64,000 bases of DNA, from positions 3,055-67,054 of the forward strand of contig CANQTQ010000002.1 in assembly GCA_947626765.1 (NCBI GenBank). Reading direction: 5' to 3'. This document shows, in pieces, positions 10,701 through 20,700 of the stretch. This DNA comes from an uncultured Clostridia bacterium (GTDB lineage Bacteria > Bacillota > Clostridia > TANB77 > CAG-508). A program made the position numbers and the translations under genes. Position 1 is the first letter of the stretch. Every line of letters begins with the position of its first letter. The notes below the pieces were generated by a model. It made no database searches. It worked only from the letters and a program-made list of their open reading frames with translations, and was not told the origin of the DNA.

Positions 10701-12750
10701 ACAAAACCAATCTACAATTTCAATTCCTGTTGGAACAATAAATGCTAAAGAAACAAAACAAATAGAATATGAACTAAAAATGTTAGGTGGAGAACTAGGA
10801 AATATAGTAAACACAGTAAATTTAACAGCAGATAATATACAAAATGCAGTTAAATCTAATGAATATATTCTTAATAAAGTAGAAGGTAAATTAGTTTTAG
10901 TAGTATCAGCAACAAGAAACCCTGCCGAACCACTTTATAAAGGGGATATAATAAAAGCATTAGTAGAAATAAGAGCAAGAGATACCTTAAATAATGTAAC
11001 AGTTACAATAGATATTCCAAATGGAATAAAAATAAACAGTGCAGCTTATTATAATGAACTTTCAGAAGAAAAAGACTATGTTAAAATTGAAAATAACAAA
11101 GTAATAGTTAATGTTGATAAATTAGAAAATGGTTACACACAAAGTATAAAATTAAATCTTCAAATAGAAAACTTTAAAGGTGACTTTAATCTATTTGCAA
11201 ATGGAAAATCACAAGAAATAGAAGAGCAAAGTTCAAATATATTTACATATCACGTTAGCGTACCAGAATTTGAAATTACACAAGATTCATCATCAGCAAA
11301 ATATATAAAAGAAAAAGAAGATGTAATTTATGAATTTACTATAAAAAATATAGGAGAAAATGATGCCAACTATGTTACATTTGAAGATAAATTACCAAAC
11401 GAATTATCATTTAAAAAGTTAGAATATACATATAAAAATGAAACAAAAGAAATAGACTATGCTATAGATAATGTGCCGGCAATAGATTGGACAATCTTTG
11501 AAAAAGGTGCTACAGCTAAAATAAAAATTACAGCACAAGCTAATATATTAGGCGAAGGAAAAGAAGAAAAAGAAGTTACTAACATAGGCTCTGTTAGTGC
11601 AGAGGGTTATGAGAACCAAATGTCAAATAGTATAACAACTATTATAAAACGTAATTCAGATTTATATGGAGAAGACACACCTGGAGGCAATGATGACCAA
11701 ATTACAGATGATAAATCTGAGTATAAAATTTCAGGAATAGCATGGTTAGATGAAAATAAAAATGGACAAAGAGAGCAAACAGAGCAAATATTATCAGGAA
11801 TAGAAGTAATCTTATTAAAAAAGGAAAATGGTCAAATTGTAAGCAATATACAAGATGAAAATGAAGTAACTACAAGAACATTAGAAGATGGAACATATCA
11901 ATTTGAAAATATAAAAGCTGGAGAATATATAGTAGTATTTTGCTATGATGCATCAAAATATAATATTACAGATTATCAAAAACAAGATATTAATGCAAGT
12001 TATAATTCAGATGCAGTATCAATGTTAATTATTCTAAACGGAAATCAAACTTATGCAGGTGTAACAAATACTATAAAAGTAATAAATGAAGACATTCAAA
12101 ACATTGACATAGGACTATATGAATCACAAAAATTTGATTTAAAACTAGAAAAATATATAAGTAAAATTACATTAAATACACCAACTAATGGCGTAAAAAC
12201 ATATAAGTTAAATAATTCAAAACTTGAAAAAGTAGAAATAAAATCAAAAGAAGTTAATAAGAGCAACATTATTATTGAATATAAAATTGTTGTAACAAAC
12301 GAAGGACAAATTCCAGGTTATGTAAGAAAAATTGTAGATTACTTACCAAAGAATGTAAGATTCAATTCAGAACTAAATAATGATTGGTATAATACAGACA
12401 ATGGCAGTGCAATATATAATGCAAGTTTACAAAACACTATTTTAAAACCAGGAGAAAGCAAAGAGGTAAAACTTGTTTTAAGTGCACAAATTGCAGATAA
12501 TAATATAGGAACAATTATTAATAACAATGCAGAAATTTACGAAAGTTATAATGAATATGGACAAAAAGATATGGACTCAGTAGAAGCTAACATGCTAGAA
12601 GGAGAAGATGATATGTCAAAAGCAGATATTATACTTTCAGTAGCAACTGGTACAATAATTATTTACTTTACATTAGCATTAGCTGTTTTACTAATTATAC
12701 TAATTGGTGTATTAGTAATAAAAAGAAAATTCGATGAAATAGAGTTATAG
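7720..12750 (+). CDS. Giant surface protein A1 (DUF11-type repeats, SdrD-B-like domain, C-terminal sorting-like signal)
   Basis: 1676 aa with an AGGAGG RBS and a signal peptide. DUF11-like segments: VKFYVEIKNVGEYEVKNAVVKVPVPEGTTYI and VIYEFTIKNIGENDANYVTFEDKLPNELSF. SdrD-B-like segment: ISGIAWLDENKNGQRE...DGTYQFENIKAGEYIVVF. The C-terminus is LSVATG, a hydrophobic helix and KRK. Confidence 0.8.
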   Translation: MKLKQKIITVFTTTILLGGHFLPIGSLAIAVANEELEKQTSKTNIANVEFNTYLEEGAHESSYNITEGGKIYIELGVKENGYFKNGIVEFSNANYSFNGSQINSEYIQKIENNSIYLKQINNEENITIEVPVNLKKQEYFNIQDFNKESKIKLRGTYINKEGKEIAIEKEITNKLKWEADPQAQINAEITKYIPYNQEEEYGLLLQTKVNSGIKENLLPIASTALEVSVPVINGTKAENVTVIANKTVATNGEETGIKFTSQNYEYNNEENKVKINVNNGVNEQGNMAWKNGQDEYLITCIYKGKEIYDYAMQKLQEASTTKVTEEQIANGEENVNAINMPVQVNGTITTYGIEQKQIQVNSNFENNIQEVKGELADSTVQTIGSISKGYIYANYAKAEKESKKQSVEEKEKTTYELTYKAPVYGINILKDLKFITNEEKLVSEDNEYMVETNIITSKVKISEAIFQKILGNEGEVQILNKNNQEVLGIINSSSEKDEQGNYILNIEEKNVNEVIISFSNPITEGTLEVKVEKAFVENQSFSQEQMKTFTKILLTSEVQTNINNKNYNMEISLQEPVSKAEISVEEGKQTLSTVVVNKDVNINVVLDTSNIQNALYKNPVIKIQMPSDVKKVDLKDANLLLDDELKIVNKKVTNENGRQVINLTLQGTQTQYENYTDINQNNVITKGANIVIRTDITLDSLAMSKQEKIYMYYTNENTSYNQNYGISTANVEISAPTGVIAANFIKEYDKQDSQLINIDQEKLEAKIQAYSNEKLVTFEGVVTNNYNNNIKDVYILGRLPFEGNKQVDSLENLGSNFNMELENAITTSGIDSNRVKIYYSTNEDETKETLNTNDTTWQESPTNYNNIKSYLIVVSGELKTSEQIHFVYQAKLPENLSYNKNTYTSYKVYYNNQMPETKVSGIVGLQTGKGPEVELKLTSQIQENGNVKEEQIVKFYVEIKNVGEYEVKNAVVKVPVPEGTTYIKYDTGEHMYIEQNQSTISIPVGTINAKETKQIEYELKMLGGELGNIVNTVNLTADNIQNAVKSNEYILNKVEGKLVLVVSATRNPAEPLYKGDIIKALVEIRARDTLNNVTVTIDIPNGIKINSAAYYNELSEEKDYVKIENNKVIVNVDKLENGYTQSIKLNLQIENFKGDFNLFANGKSQEIEEQSSNIFTYHVSVPEFEITQDSSSAKYIKEKEDVIYEFTIKNIGENDANYVTFEDKLPNELSFKKLEYTYKNETKEIDYAIDNVPAIDWTIFEKGATAKIKITAQANILGEGKEEKEVTNIGSVSAEGYENQMSNSITTIIKRNSDLYGEDTPGGNDDQITDDKSEYKISGIAWLDENKNGQREQTEQILSGIEVILLKKENGQIVSNIQDENEVTTRTLEDGTYQFENIKAGEYIVVFCYDASKYNITDYQKQDINASYNSDAVSMLIILNGNQTYAGVTNTIKVINEDIQNIDIGLYESQKFDLKLEKYISKITLNTPTNGVKTYKLNNSKLEKVEIKSKEVNKSNIIIEYKIVVTNEGQIPGYVRKIVDYLPKNVRFNSELNNDWYNTDNGSAIYNASLQNTILKPGESKEVKLVLSAQIADNNIGTIINNNAEIYESYNEYGQKDMDSVEANMLEGEDDMSKADIILSVATGTIIIYFTLALAVLLIILIGVLVIKRKFDEIEL

Positions 12751-12765
12751 AAAGGAGGTAAAATA

Positions 12766-15700
12766 GTGAATAATAAAAAGGAAACATTATCTCTTATAAT
12801 AGGGTCAATAATATTCTTTATTACATTGCTTTCAATATTTTCTAGCATATTTAGAGTAGACCAAAAAGAAATACAAGAAAGTTCTAGTATTGAATTAAAA
12901 ACACTAGACTCATCTACTGAATCAATAAGTATAGGAGAGCATTTACCTAATGTAGAAGCCTCATCATCAACAGTAGATAGTAACCTTGAAGTTCCAAAAG
13001 GGTATTATTGTATTGAAAAAGGTGGAATTGTAAAATATGGTAGATGGTCTGTTGACTATTTTAAACAATTTTATACAGGGTTAACAGAAACAACAACATC
13101 ACCTAAACATGAAGCACTACCTCCTACTCAACATACGGGAAGAGGCAGTCAACCACTTGGACAAGACCGTTCAAATACATTTTATGAATGTACTGGTAAT
13201 CATACTAAAATGAGTGCATCTGGTGCCTTTATTGTAACAGATCCAAACGCAACATGGGAAGAAAAACAAATAGCAATTTGGAAAGATAAAACTGTAAATA
13301 CAGGTAGTTCTTATTCAGGAGATAAAGGAGAAGGCAATGAAGAATTAACTAAGAATGCAAATGCTTATGCAGAGTATGAGAAAAAAATAAAGAAAGCAGG
13401 AGATTCAGTAATAAAGGCTACTAAGAACGATGCAGTAATTACTGCTGTAAGTGGTAATTTAGTTTTAGGACCTTATGCTATTGAATACGTAGATGGTGGC
13501 ATATTCGGTGGAATTTCTGGAATATCAGCACATGGTTATACAAGTGAATCTGGAAGTGGACCATCTAAATCTTTAACTGTTTTAGGATTAAAACCAAGTG
13601 GTTCGCCAACTTTCTTTACTCCAAATAAGGCCGAGGGATATATAGGTCAAAAAAGTGAAAACTTACCAAAAAGTGGAGAAGAATTTTATGTTATAGTTAG
13701 TAATCCTAACACAGGAGATGGAGAACCAATAACATATATTACTATAGACATAGAATATTCTTATATGTTAGCTACTGCAACACAATGTAGATTAACAGGA
13801 AAAGCTATGCAAGCTACTGCAATATGTACATCTCATAACGATAACAAAAAAACCAAAAAATGTACTAGAGAGTGGAGATGGGAAGTATCAGAAACTACAT
13901 TAGATCAACAAGATTTAATTAGTGCATGGGGAGAAAGAACCCTATATAAAAAAAGTGTTAGCTTAATGGCAGAAATAGAAGAACCACCACCACCACCTCC
14001 ACCACCAGGTATAACACCAACACCAGGTATAACACCAACACCAGGTATAACACCAACACCAGGTATAACACCAACACCAGGTATAACACCTACCCCTACT
14101 CCTACTCCTACACCTACCCCTACTCCTACACCTAAGCCAAAGGATATAACTATGAAATTAGGAGGATATGTATGGGAAGATACTTTAAATGGTAAAGAAA
14201 ACTTAGCAGATGGTATGCGTTCAGAAAATGATATAGCAATACCTAATGTAAAAGTAACTTTATATGAAAGTAATGGAAATATAGCAAATTTAGGAAATTC
14301 AAAAAATAATCCATATAGAATGAATCCGCAACTTACAGATCAAAATGGATATTATCAATTTAATGGATTAAACACATTAAAAAAATATTATGTTACATTT
14401 GAATATAATGGACAAATTTATATGCCAACAGATTATTTAAAAACAGAAAATGGTAACAATTATAACTCTGTATCTAATATGGTAAATGCAGGACTATACA
14501 ATACAGATACATGGGCTAAAGCTTCTAAAGCATCAGAAAGTTCAATAGAAAGAGAATCATTTAACAATAAATTTGCAGAAATTGGTTCATCACCAAAAGG
14601 ATATATATCTAGCAACTCTTTAGCAAGTGGTGCATTAGTTGATAACTATAATGAAGCATTTTCTATAAAAGACTTAATGGGATACGAGTTGCAAGAAAAC
14701 GGAAAATATGTAGCAAAAGGCCTACAATTAATAGACGGTTTTTATGAAATAGATGAAAACGGAAATATATTATCTACAAAATTCATTAATGAAGGAATAA
14801 TTACCAAAAAAATTAAAGAATATATTTCAAACAATAGTGAATATCCAAACGAAAGTGCTATGAAGGCAATTTATCAAAATATAGTAAACCAATATGCAAG
14901 AAGTAATAGTGAAAAGCAACTTCTTTGGAAAAAGTTACAATATATTGAAGACACAAAAATAATAGCCACAACAGCTTCACCTTATGGAGGAAGTACAGAT
15001 TTATATCCAGTATATAATAACTTTTCACTTACAACAAGCAGTGTTACAATTCCAGGAGTTGGAACATTACCTCCAATATATAATGGTCAATATTATATAA
15101 ATTTAGGTTTATGGAAAAGACAACAAAACAATATAGCTTTGAAAAAAGACCTTTACCGTGCAGCAACTAAAATAAATGGAAAAACAGAAGTGTATACATA
15201 TAATAAACGTACAGCAAATGATGATTACTGGAATATTTCAATAAGAATGCAAGATTATGAAAACTATTATGGTGATAATTATGATAGAGAAATATTCAAA
15301 TCAGATTATGTATCAAATGAAATTAATAAGGAATTAGAATTATATGTTACATATCAAATTGTTATTAGAAACTTATCACAAAGCATAGTAAATGAAATTA
15401 CTGAAGTAGTTGATTATTATGATAAAGACTATATATATATGCCTAACCTTTCATGGGTAATGTACGGAAATGATAATGAAGTATCAGTACCAATAGAATC
15501 TTATTATAATATGATACGCAATATGAACTTAAAACAAATAAGTTATGCTAAAGATGTTAACAGTAGTTATGGATTAACACAAAATAGTAATGGCACTTAT
15601 AATGGAACAAGTAAATATGGAAAAGTATCACAATCAGACATAGAAGAAGAATATAACTCTTTATATATACATGGATTAAATAGCAAAAAAATGCAAACTG

Positions 15701-17535
15701 GCGAAGATGCTTATATTTATTTAACATTTAAAGTGGGATTAGATAGCAGTGGAAGAGTCATTTTAGATAATGGTAAGAGCTTAAAAAATAATATTGTTGA
15801 AATAAATGGTTATAAAAGCTATTATAAAGACGAAACTAAATTACCAAATGGCGTAACAATTAATGGAAATAGTACAGTAGCAGGAATTATAGATAATAAC
15901 TCTACACCTGGAAACTTATATTTAAACGATTTACAAGGAGATAAATACGAAAAGAACTTTGAAGATGATACAGATAGAGCAAAAGGTTTAAATCTTTACA
16001 TTAATAATGATGGAAGACAAATAAATGGAACAGTATGGGAAGATAAAAGAACTGAGAAAAATGAACAAACTGGAGGAGCTCAAATAGGAAATGGTATTTT
16101 TGATTCTAATGAATCAGGAGTTTCAAACATTACTGTACAATTGTATGAGGTTGTAAATGGAGTAACAAATAGTAAGCCAGCACAAATATTTGATGGCAAT
16201 AGATGGAAAGAAGCAACATTTGTAACAGACTCAAAAGGAAATTATAAAATAAGTGGATATATTCCAGGAGATTATATTGTAAGATTTACTTACCCTAACG
16301 GGCAAGATTATAAATCAACTATTTATCAAGTTGGAATGGAGCAACCTGGTACAGATTCAAGACAAGATGATGCAGAAAATAAACATATACCTGGATATAC
16401 TAATTATGAAACACAGAACGAATCTGCAACATATGGATATAATCATGTATTAGCAGATGCGTCTAAAAGAGTATCAGATGCAAAAGACATTTGGAGTATA
16501 AGAGAAAAAATAAATAAATATGGAAATAACAATGGAAACGGTGTAACATATAATAAAAATGCAAGTGAACTTATAAAAACAAATAATCCAGAGCTTACTA
16601 TGCAAGCAGAAACAGGTGTTATTAGAATAGAAGTAGAATACAATAGAGAATTTACAAATGAAAATCAAAATAGTGCATATAGTATAAACAATTTAGACTT
16701 TGGTATAGTAGAAAGACCAAAAGCCGGATTAGCATTAAATAAAAAAGTATCAAATATAAAAATAATCTTATCAGATCAAAGAATATTATTTGATTCAAAC
16801 CAAAGTGCAAATAACTTAATATGGACACCTAAAAAGCAAGATGCATTATATGGAGGACTTATTCAAGTTATTATAGATGAAGAACTTATGTATGGAGCAA
16901 ATATTCAAATAACATATGAATTGCAAGCTGAAAATACTGGTGAAATAGACTACAAAGATAAACAATTCTATTATAGTGGAAAAGAAACAAATACTGCTGC
17001 TAATATTGTAAAAACATCAATAGATAAAATAGTTGATTATGTATCTAATAACTTACAGTTTAGATTAAATTATAATGCAAACAATTGGGCAGTTACAGAA
17101 TCTAAAGACCTTGATGTATCAAGCGAAGTAGCGGCAAAACTAGATAAATATAATACTATTATCACATCAGATAAGCTAAAAGAAGAATTAACGCCAGGTC
17201 AAAAGAGTAAAACAGTAGACTTAATATTATCACAATTAATAACATCTCGTGATAACTTTACTTATTCTAATATTGCTGAAGTTTTAGTTTACTCTAATGA
17301 TGTAGGTAGAAGACTACAAACTTCTACAACTCCAGGAAAATCGGGAACTCCTATTTTACCGGGTAACCAAGATCCAGAAGAAAATCCTCAAGAACAAGAT
17401 AGTAGTAAAGCAGAAAATATATCTATTATACCACCATATGGTCAAGTACGCTTGTACTTAGGACTTGGAATTTCTATATTATCACTATTAATAGTAGTAA
17501 TAATTTTCATTAAGAAAAAAGTATTAAAACAGTAA
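12766..17535 (+). CDS. Giant surface protein B1 with a putative thioester domain
   Basis: 1589 aa. GTG start 15 nt after the A1 stop, with an AAAGGAGG RBS. N-terminal hydrophobic anchor. Motif YYCIEKG (Cys codon 13009-13011) and motif KQIAIW (Gln codon 13267-13269). Pro/Thr linker. Two SdrD-B-like segments (GGYVWEDT..., INGTVWEDK...). The C-terminus is IIPPYG, a TM helix and KKK. Confidence 0.8.
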   Translation: MNNKKETLSLIIGSIIFFITLLSIFSSIFRVDQKEIQESSSIELKTLDSSTESISIGEHLPNVEASSSTVDSNLEVPKGYYCIEKGGIVKYGRWSVDYFKQFYTGLTETTTSPKHEALPPTQHTGRGSQPLGQDRSNTFYECTGNHTKMSASGAFIVTDPNATWEEKQIAIWKDKTVNTGSSYSGDKGEGNEELTKNANAYAEYEKKIKKAGDSVIKATKNDAVITAVSGNLVLGPYAIEYVDGGIFGGISGISAHGYTSESGSGPSKSLTVLGLKPSGSPTFFTPNKAEGYIGQKSENLPKSGEEFYVIVSNPNTGDGEPITYITIDIEYSYMLATATQCRLTGKAMQATAICTSHNDNKKTKKCTREWRWEVSETTLDQQDLISAWGERTLYKKSVSLMAEIEEPPPPPPPPGITPTPGITPTPGITPTPGITPTPGITPTPTPTPTPTPTPTPKPKDITMKLGGYVWEDTLNGKENLADGMRSENDIAIPNVKVTLYESNGNIANLGNSKNNPYRMNPQLTDQNGYYQFNGLNTLKKYYVTFEYNGQIYMPTDYLKTENGNNYNSVSNMVNAGLYNTDTWAKASKASESSIERESFNNKFAEIGSSPKGYISSNSLASGALVDNYNEAFSIKDLMGYELQENGKYVAKGLQLIDGFYEIDENGNILSTKFINEGIITKKIKEYISNNSEYPNESAMKAIYQNIVNQYARSNSEKQLLWKKLQYIEDTKIIATTASPYGGSTDLYPVYNNFSLTTSSVTIPGVGTLPPIYNGQYYINLGLWKRQQNNIALKKDLYRAATKINGKTEVYTYNKRTANDDYWNISIRMQDYENYYGDNYDREIFKSDYVSNEINKELELYVTYQIVIRNLSQSIVNEITEVVDYYDKDYIYMPNLSWVMYGNDNEVSVPIESYYNMIRNMNLKQISYAKDVNSSYGLTQNSNGTYNGTSKYGKVSQSDIEEEYNSLYIHGLNSKKMQTGEDAYIYLTFKVGLDSSGRVILDNGKSLKNNIVEINGYKSYYKDETKLPNGVTINGNSTVAGIIDNNSTPGNLYLNDLQGDKYEKNFEDDTDRAKGLNLYINNDGRQINGTVWEDKRTEKNEQTGGAQIGNGIFDSNESGVSNITVQLYEVVNGVTNSKPAQIFDGNRWKEATFVTDSKGNYKISGYIPGDYIVRFTYPNGQDYKSTIYQVGMEQPGTDSRQDDAENKHIPGYTNYETQNESATYGYNHVLADASKRVSDAKDIWSIREKINKYGNNNGNGVTYNKNASELIKTNNPELTMQAETGVIRIEVEYNREFTNENQNSAYSINNLDFGIVERPKAGLALNKKVSNIKIILSDQRILFDSNQSANNLIWTPKKQDALYGGLIQVIIDEELMYGANIQITYELQAENTGEIDYKDKQFYYSGKETNTAANIVKTSIDKIVDYVSNNLQFRLNYNANNWAVTESKDLDVSSEVAAKLDKYNTIITSDKLKEELTPGQKSKTVDLILSQLITSRDNFTYSNIAEVLVYSNDVGRRLQTSTTPGKSGTPILPGNQDPEENPQEQDSSKAENISIIPPYGQVRLYLGLGISILSLLIVVIIFIKKKVLKQ
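13984..14136 (+). repeat. In-frame tandem repeat encoding a P8-(GITPTP)5-(TP)n linker
   Basis: The 18-bp unit ggtataacaccaacacca occurs 5 times (14008-14097), followed by cct/act-type TP dipeptide repeats. The linker is absent from paralogue B2. Confidence 0.9.
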
Positions 17536-17555
17536 TAAAAAAATTATTGTAAAAT

Positions 17556-17601
17556 AAGAGTATAGATTAGTTTTTAAAACAATCTATGCTCTTTTCTTTT
17601 T
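17556..17601 (+). terminator. Rho-independent terminator after B1
   Basis: Stem aagagtatagatt / aatctatgctctt followed by a T-rich run. Confidence 0.7.
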
Positions 17602-17716
17602 CAAATTTATTTAATTTACAATCAATATCCATTATTTGTAAAACTTATAATTAATTATAAAAATACTAAAATTAAAAAATAAATTCACATAATATGGAAA
17701 AAATAATGGAAATACA

Positions 17717-17745
17717 TTGAAAAATTGGTAAAAATGTCGTATAAT
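17717..17745 (+). promoter_or_regulatory. Sigma-A-like promoter of the A2/B2 operon
   Basis: TTGAAA, 17 nt, TATAAT. Confidence 0.55.
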
Positions 17746-17774
17746 ATAATAAGAATTTATTTTAGGAGGTTATC

Positions 17775-20700
17775 ATGAAAAAAATAAATCAAAAAATAAT
17801 AGCATTAATCCTAACTATATTATTAATTGGAACAAACTTAATTCCCCTAGGGAATCAAGTAATTGCAGCAAATTTATCAGAACAAAATGATAAAACAAGT
17901 AATAATAATGTAACATTTAATAGTTACTTAGAAGGTAATGTACATAGTAAAAGTTATAATGCAAACGAAAAAGCAAAATTATATTTAAAGCTAAATGTAT
18001 ATAACACAGGCTATTTAAAAAATTCAACAATTACTATTTCAAATAATGCTAATTATGAAATAGACGTAAATAATTTTGAAAATGAAAATATATTATCAAT
18101 GACTTCAAACCAAATAACTGTAAAGCAAATTAATAGTGGTGAAGAATTAACCATAGAGCTACCAATAAAAATAAAAACAGCAAGCAAAGTAGAAAAAGAC
18201 TTCGCTCAAAAGGTATCAGAAGTTTCTTTAAATGCAATTTATGTAGATAATAAAGGAATAGAAAGAAACATAACAAAAACAATAAATAATCAAATTATAT
18301 GGAAACAACAAATGAACTTAAACTTAAATTATGAAGTAACAAAATATATTCCATATAATCAAGGAGAAGAATATGGTGTTTTATTACAAACTGTAATTAC
18401 AAGTAGTATAAAAGACCATGTTTTACCAATTTCAAAAACAGAATTAGAAATGTATGTGCCACAAATAGAAAATGTAAAACCAACAACTGTAAATGTAATA
18501 GCAAATAAAACATTAAACACAAATAGTGATGAAAACGGAATTAACTTTAATAGTTCAAATTATCAATATGAAGAAAATACAGGAAAACTTACTATTACAG
18601 TAAATAATGTAGAAGATGAAAACAAACTAATTTCCTTAAATTCAAACGGAATAGATGAATATATTATAAATTGTATTTATAAAGGCAAAGACTTATACGA
18701 AAAAGCACTAGAAAAAACATTTCAAACATCAATGAATGTATTAGGAAAAGTAACCATTCAAGATAACGAAGAAACATTAGTAGAAGAAAACATTAAAATT
18801 CAATATAATGAAAAAGAAACAAAAGGTGTTTTAACAGATATTACTCCTATAGTTAAAACATCTATTAGCAAAGGAAACATCTATGCTAATTATGATAAAG
18901 AAGAAAATAAAATAGAAACAAATTATGAATACAGTTATATAGCACAAATAAATGCATTAGAACTTACAAATCAAGTACAAATGCAAACAGCAAAAAACTA
19001 TTACTTAGATAATAATTTAAATGAATTCCCACTAGAAAATAATAATTATATAAAACAAGTAAAAATAGAAAAAAGCAATTTTGAAAAAATACTTTCAGAA
19101 GAAGGAACAATAGAAATTAACAAAATAGATGGAACAAATATAGGAACAATAAACAAAAATACAAAATTAGAAAATAATACATACATTTTAGACATTTTAG
19201 AAGCTAAAATACAAGAAATTCAAATAAAAACTAGTAAACCATTAGAAATAGGAAATTTAGAAGTAAAAATATTACAAGCAATAACAGGAGAGCAAACATA
19301 TTCTAAAGAACAAATGGAACAATTTACTAAAATGAAATTAGGTTTAATTAACCAAAATAATGGAAATAACGCACAAGTAGATACTACAATTTCTTTAGCA
19401 GAACCAGTAAGCAAAGCAGAAATTACTATATCAGAAGAAAGTAAAAATTTATCAACCGTAACAGAAAACGAAAATGTAGAAATTAGGGTAGTTCTAAATA
19501 CATCTAGCACAGAATATGCTTTATATAAAAATCCAACATTAGAAATAGAATTACCAGGTGAAATAGAAAAAGTTGATATTAAAGATATTAATATTTTATT
19601 AGATGATGAATTAAAAATAGCAGATGAAAAAGTAATTACAAAAAACAATAAACAAGTTATTCAAATTACTTTAAAAGGAACACAAACAAATTATACAGAA
19701 ACTATAAAAAATGTAGCAAAAAACGTAATAGCAAAAGGTGCTAACATAATTATTAATGCAAATATTACTTTAAATAAATTTGCAGCAAGCAAAGAAGAAA
19801 AAATAACAATGTATTACACAAATGAAAACACAAATTTATACGAAACTTCTACTGAAGAAACTATAGCAAGAGGCATAGCAACTACTAATATTAATATAGT
19901 AGCACCAAATGGAGTTTCAGCAATTAATAGAATAACTGGTTATGATAGCCAAAACTCAGAATTAATCTCATTAAACAGTGAAAATAAACAAGTAACTATA
20001 CCAGCAAAATCAGAAAAGAAAACAATAAATATACAAGGAATAGTTACAAACAATTACGAAAATTCTATTGAAAACGTATCTATTTTGGGAAGATTACCAT
20101 TTGAAAATAACAAAGAAGTAGATGGAGAAGCTTTAGGAAGCACATTTACAATGCCAATGGTAGAAAAAATAAAAGTCAATGGAATAGATGAAAAACAAGT
20201 AAAAATATATTATAGTACAAATAAAGAAGCAAATAGTACTTCAAATGAATGGAAAGAACAAATAGAAGATTTAAGTAGCATAAAAAGTTACCTTATTGTT
20301 ATATCAGGAGAAGTAGCAAAAGGAACACAAATTACATTTAACTATAAAGTAGAACTACCAGAAAACATAGGAACAGATAATAGCTCATACGAAATGTACA
20401 AGGTATATTATAATAATAAAACAGGGGAAGCAACTATTGGAGAAACAAAAATATCAGGTACATTAGGTATACTAACAGAAAAATCTCCAGAACTAGAAGT
20501 AACTTTAAGTTCTAATGTTGAAGAAAATGCAGAAGTTACAGAAGAGCAAATTGTAAAATTCTTTGTAAAAGTAAAAAATATAGGAAAAGAAGAAATAAAA
20601 AATGTAGTATTAAATATTCCAGTTCCAAATGGAACTATTTATACTAAATATAATTCTTCAGAACAGCTATATGTAGACTCTAATGAACAAACAATACAAA

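Noticed and set aside
14008-14097. Regular 18-bp direct repeats, considered as a possible CRISPR-like array.
   Set aside because: The repeats are contiguous with no spacers and sit in frame inside a 1589-aa ORF, encoding GITPTP. This is a protein linker, not CRISPR.
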